Source of the DNA: Eledone cirrhosa
Lineage: Eukaryota
DNA: 64,000 nt
Direction of reading: 5' to 3'
NCBI GenBank assembly: GCA_964016885.1
Contig: OZ024741.1
Location: forward strand, 312,480,001 to 312,544,000
Positions 17,445-30,796 of the stretch are shown in pieces; within the stretch, counting starts at the first letter, position 1, and each line of letters starts with the position of its first letter. The position numbers and the translations under genes are program-made. The notes beneath the pieces are model-generated. The model was not told the origin of the DNA. It saw nothing but the letters and a program-made list of their open reading frames with translations, and did no database searches.

Positions 17445-17483
17445 TGAACAAGTACTTTCATGCTTTCGCAATCTTCAGGTTCA
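17445..17483 (-). ncRNA. Minimal type I hammerhead motif (left arm of the palindrome)
   Basis: Reverse complement of 17566-17604. Confidence 0.75.
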
Positions 17484-17565
17484 TGATATGTGGTGACAGT
17501 CGAGTTTGCAATTTTCAACTGTTTTCACAGTTGAAAATTGCAAACTCGACTGTCACCACATATCA

Positions 17566-17604
17566 TGAACCTGAAGATTGCGAAAGCATGAAAGTACTTG
17601 TTCA
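17566..17604 (+). ncRNA. Minimal type I hammerhead motif (right arm of the palindrome)
   Basis: tgaac CTGAAGA t-tgc-gaaa-gca-t GAAA gtac TT gttca: 5-bp stem I, GAAA-tetraloop stem II, palindromic AAGTACTT stem III, CUU site. Confidence 0.8.
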
Positions 17605-17774
17605 ATTAACACTTAGAATTTAATATTCTATCATACTATTTCATTATAATACCATTATATATATTTTAAAGGATTGTAAATAAAACGAGTAAATCAGACA
17701 AAGTTGGAATTCCTCTTATTAATATAATCTTCTATACACAATCATACACACCCGTGTATATTTACCTATCTATA

Positions 17775-17805
<31 letters not shown>

Positions 17806-17807
17806 CC

Positions 17808-17990
17808 TTTGGGAGCCCCTACATGGACACACTAGAAGAGGAAGACCAAGGTTAACATATGTTGATGCCCTAAGGACAGACACTGGTCTGTTGGAGATTC
17901 AGGATATGGCAGCGATAATGAGGGACAGAGACTGCTGGAGAGAACTCGTCCATGGATCTCGGCAATCTTACCCGCCTTAGATAGATAGAT
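17808..17990 (+). mobile_element. RTE/RTE-X-like LINE extreme 3' fragment with (AGAT)n tail
   Basis: Translates 'LWEPLHGHTRRGRPRLTYVDALRTDTG...MRDRDCWREL', followed by tagatagatagat. Confidence 0.7.
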
Positions 17991-18123
17991 ATATATATTA
18001 TATATATAAATATATATGTATATGTATATATATATTTATATGTATATAATAATAAGTTGACTGATCCGCCGTATTAACAATGCCACGACAGTATATATAT
18101 ATACTTAGATATACATGTATATA

Positions 18124-18188
<65 letters not shown>

Positions 18189-18410
18189 TAAAATAACATA
18201 TTAAAGTTTAAGCAAAGAATCGCTGCTTTCACCCTTAACGGGATCTTCTGAAACTAACAAAGTCAATCTGTGAACGCAGAAGTGAATATTTCCAAAATGC
18301 TTTGCAACCGGAAGAAGACAGGAAGACGATACTTTAGTTCGTGGAAACGTTCCCTGGCAAAGAATGGGAAAAAACTGTATTTTAGTCTTCACATTTATTA
18401 TCATTACTAT

Positions 18411-18646
<236 letters not shown>

Positions 18647-18652
18647 CATATG

Positions 18653-18684
<32 letters not shown>

Positions 18685-18815
18685 TATTAAAATGACAGAT
18701 TAAACTTTAATCTGTTATTTTAATAAATATTTGCTCTAGGGTTCTTATATATTTGATATATATTTATCCTTACCGAGCCCTCTTTGGATTTTAGTCTTCA
18801 AATTTATTAATATTA

Positions 18816-18891
<76 letters not shown>

Positions 18892-18897
18892 GCATAT

Positions 18898-18979
<82 letters not shown>

Positions 18980-18993
18980 TTATATATACATAT

Positions 18994-19046
<53 letters not shown>

Positions 19047-19050
19047 TACA

Positions 19051-19154
<104 letters not shown>

Positions 19155-19197
19155 TGTATATATTTACATATATTTATATATATATGTATACATATAT

Positions 19198-20980
19198 ACG
19201 AAACATACTACGAAAAGGCTGAACACAAATCAGCAGAAAATTATCAGGGACCTAAAAACTCTGATCAACCCATACAATGAAGGACACACTAACAATGAAT
19301 TCAGCTTCATCACAGATATCACAAGTAAATCCACCCTTTTGTACGGTATCCCTTAAGTACATAAAAGCGAATTAGTAAGTAAGGCATGCAAGGAAGTCAC
19401 AGACTTAGTCATCAATGTCTCCTCAGCTAATGATCTCAAATTAAGGCCTATAATAACAGGCCCCGCTTGCGAAACCCACCGCCTTCGTAACTTCATTGAT
19501 ACTCTTCTCAAGCCTTTTCTCAAACATATTAAAAGCTATATAAGAGATATGCTCAACCATCTCCCTAAAACACCCTTTACTGAACAAACCCCACTGGTGA
19601 CGTTCAATATAGTCAACCTATAATCCAACATCCCCTACAACCTAGGAATAGAAGTTATCTAATTCTGGCTAGATAATTACCCCAATGAACTCCCACAACG
19701 CATCAAAAAAGAATTTGTGAGTCAAATTTATCTTGGAGAATAATTACTTCGTTTTCAATAACAAATTATCCAGGCAGAAATCTGGGACCGCTATGGGAAT
19801 GAAAACGACCCCCACTTATGCCAACCTAGTCACGGGAGACCTGGAAATCACCTCTACACTAAAGTACTAAACATATTTGGAAACACTCTCCACATATACA
19901 TAGAAAAGAACTGGAAGAGATATCTAGAGACTGCTTCATCCTTTGGCACGAAAACATCTAGAAACTTAAAGAAGTTCACACCCTTATAAATGGGCTCAAC
20001 ACGAATATTAATTTTACAATGGAATACAACCATCAACAACTCCCCTTCCACGACATCCTCATTAAGATTCATAATAAAAAAAACAGAAACAGACATATAC
20101 TACAAGCCCACAGACTCCAAGCAATATCTTCCGTTCAATTCATGCCACCCTAGACACGTTAAAATTAATATTCCCTACAACTTAGACAAGAGAATCTGTA
20201 CTATAGTTTCAAATAAAAACACCTGGTACTTACGGCTACAAGAACTAAAGGACACGCTCATAAGCAGGGACTACCCTTCATCACTAATTGACAATTGAAT
20301 CCAACGTGCTCTAAAACGCAGTACCCAGATCTTTAAACACCCTAAAGTTAATCAACCGAAACTAAAAGCTCTTCCATACATCTCCACACACAAGCCCCTC
20401 AACAATGAGGTCTTTGACACCATCCTCCAGAACATCCCTGTATTAGAAAAGGACCATCGAATGAACCAAATCCTTCGAACACACGATATCATGAAGAGCA
20501 AAAGACAATATACGTCACTAAAAAACATCCTAACACATGCGAAAGTACTGCCAACCACAACAACGAAACCCACAATAAAAAAAGGCGATAGACCCAACTG
20601 TGTAATATGCATCAACCTAATGGAGGGGTCGGAATTCTATTTCAAACAAGGACAACATTTGATAATAAAATACAATTTCACATGCGCATCATAAAACCTA
20701 ATATATGTATTAACTTGCTCAGGTTGTCGAGAACAACACATAGGCCAGACCAAACACAGCCTCCGCCTACGCATGACTGTCCAGAGATCCCAAATCAAAA
20801 TACGGGAATACAGAAAAATACCAGTGAGTGAATACATTGATACCTGTGCCGCCCAAAATCATCCCAACTTTATAATATTCCCCTCTACAAATTTAAAGAT
20901 AATGCCACCCACACCTAGCGCATCAGCAAGGAATCTCACTTTATTAACAAATACGGACCCCGTCTAAGCACTTCTTCCTA
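19198..20980 (+). pseudogene. Decayed Neptune-like PLE (RT + Cys linker + GIY-YIG)
   Basis: Motifs 'LYGIP*VHKS..LKLRPIITGPACETHRL', 'GTAMG..PTYANL', 'WKRYL', 'TDIYYKPTDSKQYLPFNSCHP', 'RPNCVIC' and 'LIYVLTCSGCREQHIGQT', with many stops and frameshifts. Confidence 0.88.
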
Positions 20981-21379
20981 AGACGAGCCCACAACATACA
21001 CACGTTGACATACATACCTACATCAGCATACATCCTACATACATTTCTATCCACATATAAATACAATGATATACGTAAACACACAAGTTCTATGGTGCAA
21101 CACAAATACACACACACACACACACTTTTCCATGTAAGACAAGAGCTGAAAAATGTGTTTCAACATGTTAAAATAACCCCCCCCCCCACGCGCACACACA
21201 CACTCATTCCTACTGACCGATTCATTTCCATTATTACAACAATGAACCACTCTGCTACACACGCACCCACACATATTTGTCTTAATAGACACCTGAACTG
21301 TTGACCTATCAACATGACTGCAATGCAATCAAGCGGAAAAGGACACTCTTCGACAAACCTACATTTGGCGCGAAACCAG

Positions 21380-22211
21380 TTCGCGCTAAAATCAATTTAA
21401 ACATTCACGTGATTTCTACCGACCAATCAAAATTATTTTGACTACAAGATTTTTTGCAACACGAATTGGTGCGAAATTTATAGTGCTTATTCACGTGACA
21501 TTCAACAACCAACCAAATCTTAATACCGCTGAGGCCACTTTTTTCACATAAAACAGGAAGGATTTCCAAAACAGATCAGATTAGAGCAAAAATCACGAAC
21601 GCTCTATCTCAAAATTATTTTTGAAAAGCAATAGAAATGCGCAGCCGGTAAAAACTTAAAACTAAAACTGAATACTAACTAATGCTTATTACTAATTTAT
21701 ACTTTTTCCTAATTAAATTATTTTCCACTGGGAAAAACTTGTCTGCATTTTCTTTTCCTTTTTACTAATATAAATATATATATATCAAAACCAATTTTTT
21801 ATTCACATGACCTCTACCGACCAATCAAAATTGTTTTGACTACAATAATTTTTGCTGGAGCCACTTTTTTAACATAAAAACAGTCTTGGCGCAAAATCAA
21901 TTTTTTACATTCACATGACCTCTACCGACCAATCAAAATTGTTTTGACCACAAGAATTTTTGCAAATTGGAGACACTTTTTTAACATAAAAACAGGTAGA
22001 ATTCCCAAAACTAATCAGATCAGAGCAAACAGCACGGACACTCTATCTCAAAATTATTTTTGAAAAGCATTTAGAAATGCGCAACCGGTAAAAACTTAAA
22101 AACTTAAAACCACAACTGAATACTAACCCATACAATCACTAATACTCTTTTATTCCTAATTAAACCATTTTTCAACTGTGAACAATTTGTCAGTATTTTC
22201 TATTCCGTTTA

Positions 22212-22215
<4 letters not shown>
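21380..22215 (+). repeat. Tandemly duplicated putative 3' pLTR of the Neptune-like PLE
   Basis: Two ~400-bp direct copies containing 'tctaccgaccaatcaaaatt' sub-repeats, directly downstream of the PLE. The same family forms fold-backs at 8.5k, 9.7k, 24.9k and 27.3-28.8k. Confidence 0.7.
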
Positions 22216-22293
<78 letters not shown>

Positions 22294-22344
22294 TATATAC
22301 ATATATATATTTATATATGTTAACATACACACACACAGACACAC

Positions 22345-22441
<97 letters not shown>

Positions 22442-22489
22442 TATATATACATATACATATTTATATATATATATATATATATTTATATA

Positions 22490-23735
22490 CATGAATAAAA
22501 TTAGATCCGAGAAACAAGAATGTCCGTCATCAGTAGCCTGCTCATTATCATTGGTATTTCTTCACATTAAAGACTAGATACCTAAAATCAGAGCGACCGA
22601 TAACTAAATTAAGTTATCGGGACAGAGGAAAACAGAGGAAAAGAAACAAACAATATGGTAGTAATGCAACGTAAATAGAGGAAAAGAGAGACAAGTCAAT
22701 GAATCTTGGTGGGCTTAAATCCGACAAATCAAATGACGAGAAGAAACAGACGCGTCCGAGCCACGAGAAAAGTGAGAGAGGAAGGAATTTCACGCACATC
22801 AGACGGGAGAAAGTGATAGAGGAGGAGTAGCAGAGAGTGAGTGAGTTAAAGTGTGAGGAAAGGGGCCAGCCGAGAGTGAGTGATCAGCAGCAGGAATGGA
22901 GGAAAGCAAGAGGTGAAGGGGAGAGAAGGGGGAGAGAGAAATAGGATAGCAGTAAGATGACAGAAAAAATACGAACCACAGCGTAGGGAAAAAATATATG
23001 TGAATGAAAAATGGCGTGCTGCGTACTTATATATATGAATATAAATAGACCGAGAAATAAGAATGTCCGTCATCATTAGCCTGCTGATATCATTGGTATT
23101 TCTTCACATTAAATACTAGATACCTAAAATCAGTGCGACCGATAACTAAATTAAGTTATCGGAACAGAGGAAAACAGAGGAAAGGAAACAAACAACGTAG
23201 TAGTAATGCAACGTAAAGAGAGGAAAGAGAGATAAGTCAATTAATCTTGTGGGTTTAATTCCGACAAATCAAATGACGAGAAGAAACAGACGCGTCCGAG
23301 CCACGAGAAAAGTGAGAGAGGAAAGAATTGCATGCAGGTCAGACGGGAGGAAGTGAGAGAGGATGAGTAGCAGAGAGTGAGTGAGTGAAAGTGTGAGGAA
23401 AGGGGCCAGCCGAGAGTGAGTGACCAGCAGCGGGAGTGGAGGAAAGCAAGAGGTGAAGGAGAGAGAAATAGGATAGCAGTAAGGTGTCAGAAAAAATACG
23501 AACCACAGCGAAGGGAAAAAATATATGTGAATGAAAAATGGGGTGCTGCGTTGTTGCGGATATGAACATATGAATAAAAATAGACCGAGAAACAAGAATG
23601 TTCGTCATCATTAGCCTGCTGATTATCATTGGTATTTCTTCGCATTAAAGACTAGATACCTAAAATCAGTGTGAGCGATAACTAAATTAAGTTATCGGGA
23701 CAGAAGAAAACAGATGAAAGGAAACAAACAACTTT
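22490..23735. repeat. Tandem repeat, ~540-bp unit, ~2.3 copies, purine-rich on the + strand
   Basis: 'gagaaacaagaatgtccgtcatc..agcctgct' recurs at ~22510, ~23053 and ~23588. Confidence 0.9.
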
Positions 23736-23743
23736 GGAGTAAC

Positions 23744-24860
23744 ATGTGCTTCACACCTAGTTTTGGGTTAGAACGAAAGCCTGTTGAGAAAGTAAATTCC
23801 TATGTTAGATCTTCCAGAAACCTAACTTGTATACACCACAAGCGGATTTTGTTGATTTAGGATTTACAGAAACCTCACTTGGATATTCAGTAATTTCCAA
23901 GTGGCGGTCCAGGTATGTTATATATACAGATATGTGCATATATGTATGTATGTATATTTTTATATGTATATATATATATGTGTGTATATGTGTGTGTGTG
24001 TGTATTTCTATTTCTCACTAGTCAGTTCTTTAGTTGCTACAGATCACGCGGCTAAATTAGCGGTCGCTATTTTCAATTTGCAAAGCCCTTTAAACTGCAT
24101 GTTATTACTCTGAGGTTTATTCCTTGTCGAGTGCTTGGCTTCACTGCTGAAGGCATTCGTTGGCTTGGCTGCTGATCGAACGTCGAATATGCTGTACTAT
24201 TGTATTACTATCTCCTAGACCTAATGATTAATTGATTAATTTAATTTGACAATTCCATTGATTGGTTAATTATTTAAGTTTGTTTAATAACGGTCTGGTT
24301 GTGTGCTTAATTCAGTTTGTGTATGGAATTTTTTCCATTGCCCATAGCTTTTGAATTGACCGCCAGAAACCGGGGTTACCTCCCTTTGGAGTAAAATGTG
24401 CTTCACACCTGGTTTTGTGTTAGAACGAAAGCCTGTTGAGAAAGTAAATTCCTCTGTTAGATCTTCCAGAAACCTAACTTGTATACACCACAAGCGGATT
24501 TTGTTGATTTAGGATTTACAGAAACCACACTTGGATATTCAGTAATTTCCAAGTGACGGTCCAGGTATGTTATATATACAGATATGTGCATATATGTATG
24601 TCTGTATGTATGTATATTTTTATATGTATATATATATGTGTGTGTATGTGTGTGTGTGTATTTCCTTTTCTCACTAGTCAGTTCTTTCGTTGCTACAGAC
24701 CACGCGGCTAAATTAGCGGTCGCTATTTTCAATTTGCAATGCCCTTTAAACTGTGTGTTATTACTCTGAGGTTTATTCCTTGTCGAGTTCTTGGCTCTAC
24801 TACTGAAGGCTTTCGTTGGCTTGGCTGCTGATCGAACTTCGAATATGCTGTACTATTATA
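23744..24860. repeat. Direct duplication of a ~470-bp unit (period ~650 bp)
   Basis: 'tgtgcttcacacct..ttagaacgaaagcctgttgag...gaatatgctgtactatt' at ~23745-24210 and ~24397-24858. Confidence 0.9.
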
Positions 24861-24914
24861 TATATATATATATATATATAGTTAAAAGAATAGAGGTGTA
24901 ACACACAAGTTATT

Positions 24915-25307
24915 ATATATTGGTAAACGGAATAGAAAATGCTGACAAATTGTTCACAGTTGAAAAATGGTTTAATTAGGAATAAAAGAGTATTAGTGAT
25001 TGTATGGGTTAGTATTCAGTTGTGGTTTTAAGTTTTTAAGTTTTTACCGGTTGCGCATTTCTAAATGCTTTTCAAAAATAATTTTGAGATAGAGTGTCCG
25101 TGCTGTTTGCTCTGATCTGTGCAAACAGCACGGACACTCTATCTCAAAATTATTTTTGAAAAGCATTTAGAAATGCGCAACCGGTAAAAACTTAAAAACT
25201 TAAAACCACAACTGAATACTAACCCATACAATCACTAATACTCTTTTATTCCTAATTAAACCATTTTTCAACTGTGAACAATTTGTCAGCATTTTCTATT
25301 CCGTTTA

Positions 25308-25316
<9 letters not shown>
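24915..25316. repeat. Near-perfect palindrome (~196-bp arms, 10-nt spacer) of the Neptune-associated pLTR family
   Basis: The centre reads ...gtgctgtttgc-tctgatctgt-gcaaacagcac..., and the arms extend to atatattggtaaacgg / ccgtttaccaatatat. Confidence 0.93.
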
Positions 25317-25344
<28 letters not shown>

Positions 25345-25369
25345 ATATATAAATATAAATTCAAATATA

Positions 25370-25456
<87 letters not shown>

Positions 25457-25476
25457 TTATATATATATGTATATAC

Positions 25477-25533
<57 letters not shown>

Positions 25534-26650
25534 GTGTTAATATAGAAGAGATTCTACAGGACTAGAACTATTTCATTCGTGAGAAATCATCAGGAAGCTG
25601 GCTGTCCAAGTAAATGGTAGGAGAGGGTGGGGATTGGGATGTGTGTAGGTCATTGGTTGAAGGAATTAAAAAAGGGGATTCATTAAAAGCTAATTCTTTA
25701 AAGCTATACTATTAACAAAGGCAGAAAGAATACTGTAAACAAGTTCAAAATTGGAATACCAATCCTTGTTTATCACTTAAAGTAACAATGCCTGTAAGAC
25801 AGGTGTCTACAGGAGGGGTGGGTTTCAATGGTTTAAAGAAGAGGGAAATTATTTAGAAGCTAATTCTTTAAGGCTAAAATGAGGGTGACAAAGGCAGAAA
25901 AGGTTCCATCAACAGATTCAAGTGTTGGGGTGAACCCCCTATAGTGAAGTTTCTCTTAATATATATTCCAGGCGTCGACAAACACATTCACACACGCACA
26001 CACGTACACACACTTACACGCAAGCGCACACATGCAGGCACACACTCAACAAACGTACATAATGGTACATACACACATAGATACATACAAATACATACAT
26101 ACATACACACATACATATATATGTGTACATACATACGCATACATATATATATATACATACGTATACATACATATACACACATATATATATATATATAGAC
26201 ATATATATATACATATATATGTATATGTGTATATATAGATACATATGTATATGTGTATATATGTGTATATATGTGTATATATGTATATGTGTATATATAT
26301 GTATATATGTATGTTTATGTGTGTGTGTATGGGTGTATGTGTGTATGTATGTGTATATATCTGTATATCTATGTGTATATATATGTATATATATATGTGT
26401 GTATATATATTTATATATGTATACACATATATATACATATATATACACATACATATACAGATATATACACATACATACACACATACACACATACACACAC
26501 ATATATACATATATATACACATACATATATACACATATATACACATATATACACATATACATATATACACATACATATACATATACACGCACACATACGC
26601 GCGCTCTCATGCATACACACGCACACAGACACACATATACGCATATATAT

Positions 26651-27140
26651 ATATAAAAAGAAATTAAATAATGGTTAAAAAAGTTCCATGTATGTTATTA
26701 TGCGCATTTCAAAACCAAATATCATCCTGGGATGGCATTTGCGTTCTCATCAGATAAAATAGGGAGACATGATATGATGCCTAAAAAAACACTTATGAAC
26801 AAGGTAGGTGTCTAGTCAACATATGATAAATAAATTTAAAAGGATATAGAAGATTGGAAAGAAGGGAAGGAAGGGGAAAAAGGCAGGAAGAGGAGGAAAG
26901 AAAAAAAGAAGGAGAGGATAACGGAGGAAGAGTATAATTTTTATATCCTTTTTAATTTATTTATCATATGTTGACCAGACACTACCTTGTTCACAAGGGT
27001 TTTTTAGGCATCATATCATGTCTCCCTATTTAATCTGGTGAGAACGCAAATATCGTCCCAGGATGATATTTGTTTTTGAAATGCGCATAATAAAATACAT
27101 GGAACTTTTTTAACCATCTTTTAATTTCCTCTTATATATA
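26651..27140. repeat. Inverted pair (~200-bp arms, ~85-bp purine spacer) of the pLTR family seen at 59.6-59.8 kb
   Basis: Arms 26651-26852 and 26938-27140 share 'gttccatgtat..tatgcgcatttcaaaa' with 59655-59760 and 9180-9330. Confidence 0.88.
26695..26758 (-). ncRNA. Type I hammerhead motif with extended stem II; the partner arm (27028-27097, +) has a core mutation (CTGGTGA)
   Basis: ttat CTGATGA gaacgcaaatgccatcc-ca-ggatgatatttggtttt GAAA tgcgca TA ataa. Confidence 0.65.
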
Positions 27141-27221
27141 CTCCATTCCAATAAACTGTTGAGTGCTACTTATCCGATATTTGCATTGCGTTATTGTTCT
27201 ACAATAAAACTCACATCCTAC

Positions 27222-27257
<36 letters not shown>

Positions 27258-27265
<8 letters not shown>

Positions 27266-28094
27266 TAAACGGAATAGAAAATGCTGACAAATTGTTCACA
27301 GTTGAAAAATGGTTTAATTAGGAATAAAATAGTATTACTGATTGCATGGGTTAGTATTCAGTTGTGGTTTTATGTTTTTAAGTTTTTACCGGTTGCTTAT
27401 TTCTAAATGCTTTTCAAAAATAATTTTGAGATAGAGTGTCCGTGCTGTTTGCTCTGATCTGATTAGTTTTGGGAATTCTACCTGTTTTTATGTTAAAAAA
27501 GTGGCTCCAGCGTTATTTTTGTGTTGCAAAAATGCTTGTGGTCAAAACAATTTTGATTGGTCGGTAGAGGTCATGTGAATGTAAAATGTTGATTTTGCGC
27601 CAAGACTGTTTTTATGTTAAAATGTTAAAAAAGTGGCTCCAGCAAAAATTATTGGTCAAAACAATTTTGATTGGTCGGTAGAGGTCATGTGGATAAAAAA
27701 TTGGTTTTGCGTAAACACACATGCTCTATGGTGCAATACAAAAAATATATGTGCATATATATGTATGTATATATGTATATATATATATGTAGTGAATGTG
27801 TGTATGTGTGTGTATATATATAGTGAATATCATTTCACACCTTTTATTGTTAAGATTTTTGATGTTCTATTAAGAGAACCGATTTTACTAAAAAAATCGA
27901 ATAATGTACACCATTTTACCAGGGGGAAAAAATACTGGTCCACCCACACACACACACACATATATACACAAACACATACACACGCGTACATCAACATACA
28001 AAGAGACTTATACACACACACACACACACACACACGCACTTCTCCGTATAAGACAAAAGCTGAAAAATATCTTTTCACCTTCGAATGACTCTGC

Positions 28095-28125
<31 letters not shown>

Positions 28126-28765
28126 TTATCTTAATAGCCATTTGACACACATCGCTGCTGGCCATTGTCGCAGCATCGAACACCTTACTACTACTACTAC
28201 TACACACACACACACACACACACATATATACACACACACAGACACACACACATACATACACACACACACACACATATTTGTTGTGAAAGAGTCATTTCTC
28301 AATCTTGGCGCAAAACCAATTTTTTTATCCACATGACCTCTACCGACCAATCAAAATTGTTTTGACCAATAATTTTTGCTGGAGCCACTTTTTTAACATT
28401 TTAACATAAAAACAGTCTTGGCGCAAAATCAACTTTTTACATTCACATGACCTCTACCGACCAATCAAAGTTGTTTTGACCACAAGCATTTTTGCAACAC
28501 AAAAATAACGCTGGAGCCACTTTTTTAACATAAACACAGGTAGAATTCCCAAAACTAATCAGATCAGAGCAAATAGCACGGACACTCTATCTCAAAATTA
28601 TTTTTGAAAAGCATTTAGAAATGCGCAACAGGTAAAAACTTAAAAACTTAAAACCACAACTGAATACTAACCCATACAATCACTAATACTATTTTATTCC
28701 TAATTAAACCATTTTTCAACTGTGAACAATTTGTCAGCATTTTCTATTCCGTTTACCAATATATA
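27258..28765. repeat. Inverted pair (~460-bp arms, 27258-27720 / 28305-28765) of the Neptune-associated pLTR family
   Basis: Reverse-complement identity of the arms, with a microsatellite-rich spacer. Confidence 0.9.
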
Positions 28766-28794
28766 ATAACTTGTGTGTTACACCTCTATTCTTT

Positions 28795-28876
<82 letters not shown>

Positions 28877-28996
28877 TACGTACACCTATACACATACATA
28901 TACACCTATGCACTCATATATATACACATACATGTCAATACATATACAAACATATGCACATATATATACATACATATATATACACACATATATACG

Positions 28997-29028
<32 letters not shown>

Positions 29029-29187
29029 TTAATTAAGCAAAACAAGGCAACAAACTTCACAAGGAAGACATTATTAAAAGATTGTCAACATATTTTAGTT
29101 TGATGTAAGAAATGTAGAGAATAATAATAATAATATTGATAATAATAATAATAATAATGATAAGAATAATAAGTGAAGAAGACACAC

Positions 29188-30790
29188 ATGGTGGATAGAA
29201 GGTCGTGAAATCGCTCCCGTAAGTTTTAATTTTTTAGCATATTTAAATCAATTGTGAAATAAGAATTCTTAGTACAAATGTTGCATAAAACATCCAGCAT
29301 GAGTTCCAAAAAATTCGGATCCACAATATATTGTTATATCGCTCAAATATTCAATTTTGTATTATACATTTTATATTCAAAAAGAAAATGGTTTTAAATG
29401 GAAGGAAACCCCCTCTGTCTACACTATATAGATCAGCCAAATAACAGCAATTTCACCAACATCAGAAACTAGATACACCACCTACCCCATCACCCCTCTG
29501 TGTACACTAAACACAACAGCCAGTTAACGGCAAGTTCATCACCACCACCACCAATCTCAGCATAATAATAATAATTACTATTACTATTGCCTCAAGTTTT
29601 AGTTTTAACAAAATGTTTAATTCCAATATTATGGGTAAATGTCAACGCATATACGCGACTAACGATAATTTCACTAAAGATAATTTCACCACCAATACCA
29701 CCACCACTACCACGATGAAAACTTTGGTCAAGTCGACTCAAATTTATACTCCAACTTCAACACCATCACTACAGTAATACGACCACATCACCACCACCGC
29801 TGCCTCACTATCGCTACCGCCGCTATTCTCTCCCACTACCTCCTGCTAGTTGTTGCTAGCACAGCACCGCCACCGCCGCCGCTGCCTCAATATCACTACC
29901 GCCGCTATTCTCTCCCGCTACCACCTGCTACATTGTAGAATTCTCACTAAAAGAGGAAAACATCGAAATATATAGACTGAATTGATGACCCGATCAAAAT
30001 AATAAAAAAAAAAGAACAATAATCAAAATCAAGTTTTAGTTTTAAGAAAATGTTTAAATCCAATATTATGGGTAAATGTCAACGCATATACGCGACTAAC
30101 GATAATTTTACTAAAGATAATTTCACCACCAATACCACCACCACTACCACGATGAAAACTCTGGTCAAGTTGACTCAAATTTCTACACCAACTTCAACAC
30201 CATCACTACAGTAATACGAACACATCACCACCACCGCTTCCTCACTATCGCTACCGCCGCTATTCTCTCCCACTACCTACTGCTAGTTGCTGCTAGCACA
30301 GCACCGCCACCGCCGCCGCTGCCTCAATATCACTACCGCCGCTATTCTCTCCCGCTAGCCCCTGCTACATTGTAGAATTCTCACTAAAAGAGGAAAACAT
30401 CAAAATATATAAATAGACTGAATTGATGACCCAGTCAAAATCAAAAAAAAAAAAGTCAAAATCAAAGCAGCACAGCAACAACGAAAAACGTAAAGGAAAT
30501 AAAAATGAAGAGAAAAACAAACGGACGGACAGAGAAGGGAAGGGAAAAACTAAGTCAGACATTCAAACACTACATTACAATGAAATTTATGCTTATTCAT
30601 TTGTGGGTTTTGTTCTGCCTGTTTGTTTGTTTGTTTGTTTGGGTTCGTCTACAGCGTGATAATGCCACACAAAAGTCACGTAAGGTGACGAAACCACCGG
30701 AGACAAGTAATTCACCGGTGGTTATGTAACCATACATCGCCAATCCTCGATAAGAGTGTTTAAATTTCGAACCTAAACAGTTCGAATAAC
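29188..30790 (+). repeat. ACC-rich upstream block preceding Dong/R4 copy A1, with an internal ~445-bp tandem duplication (29590-30030 / 30030-30430)
   Basis: Homologous to 40424-41780, which precedes copy A3. It starts right after a degenerate (AAT)n. Confidence 0.8.
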
Positions 30791-30796
30791 AGTAAA

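Larger units (their letters stand above)
17323..17726. repeat. Apparently perfect 200-bp-arm palindrome (4-nt spacer at 17523-17526)
   Basis: ...caattttcaactgt-tttc-acagttgaaaattg... The arms match out to tatattaataagagg / cctcttattaatata. Confidence 0.95.

Noticed and set aside
21575-21650. Hammerhead in the Neptune-associated pLTR family (C(A/T)GAT(T/C)A...GAAA tgcgca)
   Set aside because: The core deviates in all copies seen, and there is no UH site or convincing stem I.
30676-30727. Hammerhead in the Dong family A 5' region
   Set aside because: Stems II/III and GAAA are present, but the CUGANGA box is absent in both copies. It is kept only as a structured element.
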